A stretch of DNA of 24,017 nt, from UHGV virus genome UHGV-0096010; one strand, written 5' to 3'. Shown piece by piece: positions 19,741 through 24,017 of this stretch. This DNA is from a virus. Position 1 is the first letter of the stretch, and the number at the start of each line of letters is the position of its first letter. The translations under genes and the position numbers were made by a program. The notes beneath the pieces were generated by a model, which worked only from the letters and a program-made list of their open reading frames with translations, did no database searches and had not been told where the DNA came from.

Positions 19741-20366
19741 ACCGGGCCACCTGTATTACTACCACCGGACTGGACGCCGCTATGTTTGTGAGAATGGACA
19801 ACGACACCATTAGACGAAAGCGATCCGCCTGAATGGGTAATATTGCCCTTCATTTCCCCGCCCTTTTGCACTTCCAGCGTGGCGGTGATCAGCTTGTTGG
19901 TGCAGACCACTTCCGGCGTGTCCAGGGTAACGCGCGTATCTGCCTTGACCGTTACCACCGGCACGGTGGCGGTAATGGATTCCGACGCGGTGACGCTTGC
20001 CGTTTTTACCCCGCTGACAACCAGCGTGCTGGCCTCCGGGTCATATGAAATACGGGCGCCATCCGGGTGCAGGATCACGCAGGTGGTAGCGCCAGCATCT
20101 GGCGGCGGTGCGTCTTCGCTGTAAAGGCTTCCGGCAATGAATGCCGTCTCCAGCTCACCGCAGGGGCACAAAATATAAACCTGTTCGCCCACTGTCGGCG
20201 CCCACCACGTCACGGCTTCACCGGCGCGCGGCACTGCCCAGCGGATCCAGTCGGTTTTGTTCTCGCCGGTTTCGACGCGTGCAAGATACTTTTCCGTATC
20301 CACTTCCAGCACGGTGCCAATGCGGGCGAGATTGCAGATAAGGCGATAGAGTTCGTTTAAATTCAT
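19737..20366 (-). CDS. V: baseplate spike/hub protein, P2 gpV-like
   Basis: 209 aa; ...TWWAPTVGEQVYIL...; C-terminal TASVTASESITATVPVVTVKADTRVTLDTPEVVCTNKLITATLEVQKGGEMKGNITHSGG matches remembered P2 V. Confidence 0.85.
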   Translation of the reverse strand: MNLNELYRLICNLARIGTVLEVDTEKYLARVETGENKTDWIRWAVPRAGEAVTWWAPTVGEQVYILCPCGELETAFIAGSLYSEDAPPPDAGATTCVILHPDGARISYDPEASTLVVSGVKTASVTASESITATVPVVTVKADTRVTLDTPEVVCTNKLITATLEVQKGGEMKGNITHSGGSLSSNGVVVHSHKHSGVQSGGSNTGGPV

Positions 20367-20504
20367 AGTGCTGACTGTTTCCCGTGGTGCCGGTTACGCT
20401 GTCCGGCGTCGTTTCCACCCGGTAGCAGGCTTTACGACCGTTTCGGCTTTTGGGTTATGCAGTCAGTATCAGGAGTCGCGCGCGCGCAAACAACGCGGCA
20501 CCCT

Positions 20505-20522
20505 TGTGGCGGGTTGGTGACA
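20505..20522 (-). promoter_or_regulatory. P2-type late promoter activator site (TGT-N12-ACA dyad) upstream of gene V
   Basis: minus-strand TGTCACCAACCCGCCACA in the S-V intergenic gap; a -10-like GATACT lies where expected if the dyad is centred near -55; this matches the remembered architecture of Ogr/Delta-dependent late promoters. Confidence 0.55.
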
Positions 20523-20523
20523 A

Positions 20524-21168
20524 TCAAATCTCTTGCATGAAGGCGACAACAGTATCGACCAGCCAGTCTAAATCCCCCTCGGTCATGCCCAGGAGTTCAC
20601 GCACCGGGTAGCGTGCACGGGCACCCGGCACCACGTTATCGACTTCACCGTACTGGTGAACGCTGGCAATTTCGGCGGTATGCCCCTGAAAGCCAACCAC
20701 TGCCATGCCGCCCGTACCGTAAGCCTTAAGAAAGCGTGCGGTGCGCAGCTTGCGGAACATCGGATCCTTTCTGGTGCGGTTTTGCTTTGACTGGTTGAGA
20801 TTGATTTCAATATAGCGCTGGATATCGCGCTTATAGAACGTGCGCAGGGCACCGCGATCAACGTCATAGCCGGTGATTGCGCGGTGCTCACCCCTGCCCG
20901 TGGTTCGCCAGTTGCGTAACTCCCTGGCCTCATCATTCCATACGAATTTTATCCCGCCCTGGGTGCGCAGAATTTTGCGGCGGCGGGCCTGATAGCTTTC
21001 ACCGCTGGGGTTCTTCTGGCTGGCGATACGCTTTTGCTGGCGCTTACGCAGCCCGATCGCAACGTCGCGCGTCAGCTTGCGACGGTGTCCGGGCGAAAGC
21101 TGCGCGGCAACGCTGGCTAACCAGTCGTCTAACTGCTGGAAGAGGGGATCGGTTTGTTGTCCTGCCAT
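20524..21168 (-). CDS. S: virion morphogenesis / tail completion protein, P2 gpS-like
   Basis: 214 aa ORF with ATG start; position between R and V as in P2; family call by synteny and general composition. Confidence 0.55.
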   Translation of the reverse strand: MAGQQTDPLFQQLDDWLASVAAQLSPGHRRKLTRDVAIGLRKRQQKRIASQKNPSGESYQARRRKILRTQGGIKFVWNDEARELRNWRTTGRGEHRAITGYDVDRGALRTFYKRDIQRYIEINLNQSKQNRTRKDPMFRKLRTARFLKAYGTGGMAVVGFQGHTAEIASVHQYGEVDNVVPGARARYPVRELLGMTEGDLDWLVDTVVAFMQEI

Positions 21169-21623
21169 GTTTCGCCGCTGACCTCATCAACAAATACCAG
21201 TGACCACGCGCCAATTTCCGGCCCCGGTGCAGGGTCAGCACGGTGACGGGTGACGATCTCGCCATCTTCACGGGTGACGATCACCGCTTCATCAGCCTGA
21301 ATCTGGATCAGTACGTCCATCGTGCTGTTACTCAGAATATCGGCTTCGAATGTTATGCCGTTCTGCTGCCTGTCCGGGTTAAACAACAGATCAGGCTGAT
21401 ATAAGCGCGCCCATGCCAGCACCGGCACGCTGATAGTATCCAGAGATTCAGGGTAATCCATCACCAGCACTTCCAGCGTATAGCGATACTCAAACGCAGC
21501 AGCACGCTGGCCGGTGCTGACCATACGACCTTTTCGCAGATAAACCGCCAGATTATCGGGATTTTCGCGCAGCCAGGGCACATGCTGGCTTATCATCTGG
21601 CGCAGTAAATCGGGTTTAAGCAT
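21129..21623 (-). CDS. R: tail completion protein, P2 gpR-like
   Basis: 164 aa; N-terminus MLKPDLLR and central ...RYTLEV...VPVLAW....QPD... resemble remembered P2 R; synteny. Confidence 0.65.
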   Translation of the reverse strand: MLKPDLLRQMISQHVPWLRENPDNLAVYLRKGRMVSTGQRAAAFEYRYTLEVLVMDYPESLDTISVPVLAWARLYQPDLLFNPDRQQNGITFEADILSNSTMDVLIQIQADEAVIVTREDGEIVTRHRADPAPGPEIGAWSLVFVDEVSGETWQDNKPIPSSSS

Positions 21624-22127
21624 TACTTATTCCCCCCGGACTTAACCGCATCATATGCAGCCTCACAGGCTAATCCTCTGGCTCTTGCTTCATCAGCTTC
21701 TCTTGCCAGTTCCCCCGCTCGCTCGTCAGCCCGCTTAAACAGGTCGGCAAGCAATGCGGCACCGCTGGCTTTTGCCTCGCTTCTGCCGGGAGTTCCGGCA
21801 CCGCAGGCACGTTCACGGTCTGCCAGTCTTCTGGCGAGTTCGTCGGCTTTGGCGTGCAGCCCACGAGAAACAGCACTGGCACGATCGGCAGCAGCCTGCA
21901 CGCCAGCAAGCTGCTGACTGGTTTCTGATCGCATCAATTTCACCTTGTCGGCGTTGTTCTTCTGTCCTGGCCTCAGCCTGCCTTTGCGCCAGCGCGGTGG
22001 CGTCGCGTGCATCACGTTGCGCCCACTTTTCACGCCAGTGCTGATCTGCATCACCGTAACCAGCGCTGTAACGCCAGTGGCTAAAACCCCATACAGCAGC
22101 AGCGGCCAGCACAAGACAAACGATCAC
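21623..22127 (-). CDS. Rz/LysB-like i-spanin with coding signal split between two reading frames (apparent frameshift)
   Basis: N-terminal TM segment plus charged helix (MIVCLVLAAAAVWGF...WREKWAQRDARDATALAQRQAEARTEEQRRQ) in the frame starting at 22127; Ala/Arg-rich coiled-coil-like C-terminal domain (...ADELARRLADRERA...AREADEARARG...) in the frame ending at 21623. Confidence 0.45.
21670..21909 (-). CDS. Rz1/LysC-like o-spanin lipoprotein, embedded in the i-spanin region in another frame
   Basis: signal-peptide-like N-terminus with lipobox LVGC, then proline-rich mature region (TPKPTNSPEDW...PAVPELPAEARQKPAVP); start codon TTG. Confidence 0.55.
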   Translation of the reverse strand: MLACRLLPIVPVLFLVGCTPKPTNSPEDWQTVNVPAVPELPAEARQKPAVPHCLPTCLSGLTSERGNWQEKLMKQEPED

Positions 22128-22241
22128 TTTCCAACCCCATATCTAAACCTCTCGCCAGCTCGCACTGTCATTACCGTACGTGCTGGAGCACTGTCAAAAA
22201 TGACCGCGCTCGATACGCACGGCCAGCACGGTTAGACATGA

Positions 22242-22721
22242 TCACGACTCAGAAACGGAGCGCGTACCGGATAGCTGCGGCAATGGTTGAACATCGACAG
22301 GAATATCTTTCGGCCAGCGATATCCAGATACCCGCGATGTAGAAAACGCACGGATATTCACCGCATCACTCTGATTTCCACCCAGTACCATCAAATCGCC
22401 ATTTGCCTGCTGACCAACAACAAAGCCAACGTGACCGCCGCCGTCACGGCTGAATACCACCACACAACCATATGCAGGTTTATCCAGCTTCACCCCCCAA
22501 TTAAGATAAGATGCGGCTGATTCAAAGCGGCTTGATGTGATACCTGAACGTTCCAGCACTCCCCCAACGTAAGCCGCACACCACGGCGTTTCGTCGTCCT
22601 TAATACCGCCTCGTTTTATATCCTTCCAGAACTGTAAAATTAGCGGGTTATGCTCTGGCCCTTTAATTTCCTTTTCACCAATATATTTACGACCTTCAAC
22701 AATCCATGATGGTTCTTTCAT
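22242..22721 (-). CDS. putative endolysin / peptidoglycan hydrolase (Cys-His peptidase-like)
   Basis: 159 aa between holin and spanins; conserved Cys (PWCAAYVGG) and His (GGGHVGFVVG) spaced as in CHAP/NlpC-P60-type hydrolases; function assigned mainly by lysis-cassette synteny. Confidence 0.55.
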   Translation of the reverse strand: MKEPSWIVEGRKYIGEKEIKGPEHNPLILQFWKDIKRGGIKDDETPWCAAYVGGVLERSGITSSRFESAASYLNWGVKLDKPAYGCVVVFSRDGGGHVGFVVGQQANGDLMVLGGNQSDAVNIRAFSTSRVSGYRWPKDIPVDVQPLPQLSGTRSVSES

Positions 22722-22785
22722 GGCTGCATTCCTCTTTGACAGTGAATAAAACCGCCAACCAGCAAATCATTTCAGGTGATGGGAT

Positions 22786-23115
22786 TTATTCCCCGCCCTT
22801 CATTCCGCCGATACGGTTTTCGATAAACCCAGTAACTTTGTTGCGGACTTTATCCGCTCCCATAAATCCGATTGAGGCGCCCACGAACGTTACTGCGTTG
22901 GACGGAAGCCCCAGATATTCCAGCGAACCGGCCACAGCAAGCGTGACAATCCCACATACCAGCGATCCGGTGGCGGTTTTAAGCAAAGACTGCCCATCGT
23001 AAAGGCTCATTAGCGCCGAAATACTCAGCGCCGCACCAGCCGCAAACAGTGTCGGCAGATAAGTAGCGATCCATTTCATTGTTTGTTCGAGTAATCCCGG
23101 TGGTGTGTCGTGCAT
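22786..23115 (-). CDS. holin
   Basis: small protein with hydrophobic TM segments (LPTLFAAGAALSISALM, LVCGIVTLAVAGSL) and C-terminal GFMGADKVRNKVTGFIENRIGG motif; second in-frame ATG at 23079; ORF-track start 23235 likely over-extended. Confidence 0.6.
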   Translation of the reverse strand: MHDTPPGLLEQTMKWIATYLPTLFAAGAALSISALMSLYDGQSLLKTATGSLVCGIVTLAVAGSLEYLGLPSNAVTFVGASIGFMGADKVRNKVTGFIENRIGGMKGGE

Positions 23116-23125
23116 ACCCTCCCCC

Positions 23126-23326
23126 TTAATCCCATAGCTGCACGGTTTCCCGCTGGGCTGGCGGCTGGATCTCTGGCAGGTAGACAATCTGCCCGGCCTG
23201 CAACTCAGTGGCGGCGGAAATGCCCTTATTGGCATCGATCACCGCCTCGGTAACGCCTGCTGTTCTGCCGTAATAGCGCCAGCAAAGCAGGTCGATCGTG
23301 TCGTTTTGCTGCGCCTGAACGTTCAT
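23126..23326 (-). CDS. X: tail protein X, P2 gpX-like (LysM-like)
   Basis: 66 aa; NDTIDLLCWRYYGRT...GQIVYLPE matches the LysM-like pattern of P2 X; synteny L-X-holin. Confidence 0.8.
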   Translation of the reverse strand: MNVQAQQNDTIDLLCWRYYGRTAGVTEAVIDANKGISAATELQAGQIVYLPEIQPPAQRETVQLWD

Positions 23327-23814
23327 TACACCAACTCCGCCAGGCCCCGGCTTTCGTCCTGGATATCACGGATTGACCAGCGCACATCCCGCCACAGCGT
23401 ATCGATCTGCGTGCTCAATGCCGCCGCGTGGTCTTCGCCTTTACTGGTGGTGTCAATATCGCGGTAGCCTTCAATCAACAGCGCCTTAGTGAGTGAATAC
23501 ACGGCGTTTTTATAGCGCCATACCTTCACGGAAGTGCCATTCACCGGACTGGCCGGAATTTCTGCCAATGACTCATAGCCCGCATCAATCTGCACCTGGC
23601 GCCACAGGAAAAGCTGATCATTAACATGGGCCACCGCTTCCACCGTTCGCGACATCAGGCGATCGGTTGTCACCTGCCCATCAAGACGCATCGCGCGGCG
23701 TAGTTCAGCCAGCGAAATGACCGGCCAGAATGGCAGGCTTTCAACCTTCGCGCCGCCATCATCAGGCACTGGATCGGATGGTGGCCGTACTGGCTCAGTG
23801 GCTACCAGACTCAT
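23326..23814 (-). CDS. L: head completion/stabilisation protein, P2 gpL-like
   Basis: preferred ATG at 23814 (MSLVATEP...) with GGAG SD; the ORF-track GTG extension to 23910 is low-complexity and probably non-coding; assignment by synteny. Confidence 0.55.
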   Translation of the reverse strand: MSLVATEPVRPPSDPVPDDGGAKVESLPFWPVISLAELRRAMRLDGQVTTDRLMSRTVEAVAHVNDQLFLWRQVQIDAGYESLAEIPASPVNGTSVKVWRYKNAVYSLTKALLIEGYRDIDTTSKGEDHAAALSTQIDTLWRDVRWSIRDIQDESRGLAELV

Positions 23815-23916
23815 GATCTCTACTCCGTATAAGTCAGGCGGTGGACGGCAGGACGAAGACGCGGCGTTGCCTGTTTTCGCCTGCCGTGCCGCCTGGGTGC
23901 GCGGGGGCACGTTCGG

Positions 23917-24017
23917 TTATGACGCCGCCTTCTGGCGGGCTGTCGTGGTTCTTTTCTTCGCTGCCGGCTTGCTTTTAGCGGCGGGCTTTTTGGTTTCCCG
24001 CTTCGCTTTTGGCTGGG
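23917..24017 (-). CDS. 3-prime end of an upstream gene truncated by the window edge, possibly terminase small subunit (gpM-like); lysine-rich C-terminal tail
   Basis: open frame reading ...QPKAKRETKKPAAKSKPAAKKRTTTARQKAAS then stop at 23917-23919; no start within window; frame choice uncertain. Confidence 0.3.
   Translation of the reverse strand, partial: QPKAKRETKKPAAKSKPAAKKRTTTARQKAAS

Noticed and set aside
17886-21203. Numerous plus-strand ORFs (for example 18031-18474, 18243-18494, 19843-20124, 20067-20360, 20877-21203) antisense to the P2-like genes
   Set aside because: They lie entirely inside well-supported minus-strand genes in GC-rich DNA, where long spurious open frames are expected; their translations are Arg/Pro/Cys-rich low-complexity and have no SD or synteny support.
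23815-23910. GTG-initiated extension of the gpL-like ORF and the Arg-rich alternative frame running to 23820
   Set aside because: Both are GC-rich low-complexity translations (PPRTQAARQAKTGN..., RRRRHNRTCPRAPRRHGRR...); an ATG with a GGAG SD at 23814 gives a gpL of the expected size.

Overview
Mosaic mobile-DNA window with three compositionally distinct blocks, annotated by eye with no database search. (1) 1 to ~10.6 kb: a moderately AT-rich element with all genes on the minus strand: a structural-like block (225, 613, 65, 343, 127 and 65 aa; the 613-aa protein is tape-measure-like), a ~0.9 kb non-coding gap, small regulatory/replication-type genes (RHH-like, winged-HTH Rep-like) and a repeat-rich non-coding region with five iteron-like repeats. 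(2) ~10.6 to 14.3 kb: a 46-nt 3-prime fragment of a tRNA-Thr(CGU)-like gene (att-type repeat), then a strongly AT-rich, translationally coupled three-gene operon encoding an adenosine-deaminase-family protein, a HAM1/ITPase-like protein and a SIR2-like protein, plus a divergent TetR-like regulator. This operon is the main candidate for a nucleotide-signalling / NAD-depletion anti-phage system; its composition matches what I recall of the Kongming (KomABC) type, which I cannot verify here. (3) ~14.6 to 24.0 kb: a GC-rich P2-like late gene module on the minus strand (M fragment, L, X, holin, endolysin, spanins, R, S, late promoter, V, W, J, I, H, Tfa) ending in a Gin/Pin-family DNA invertase with an invertible tail-fibre segment. 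The P2 tail sheath/tube/tape-measure genes are absent where synteny predicts them.
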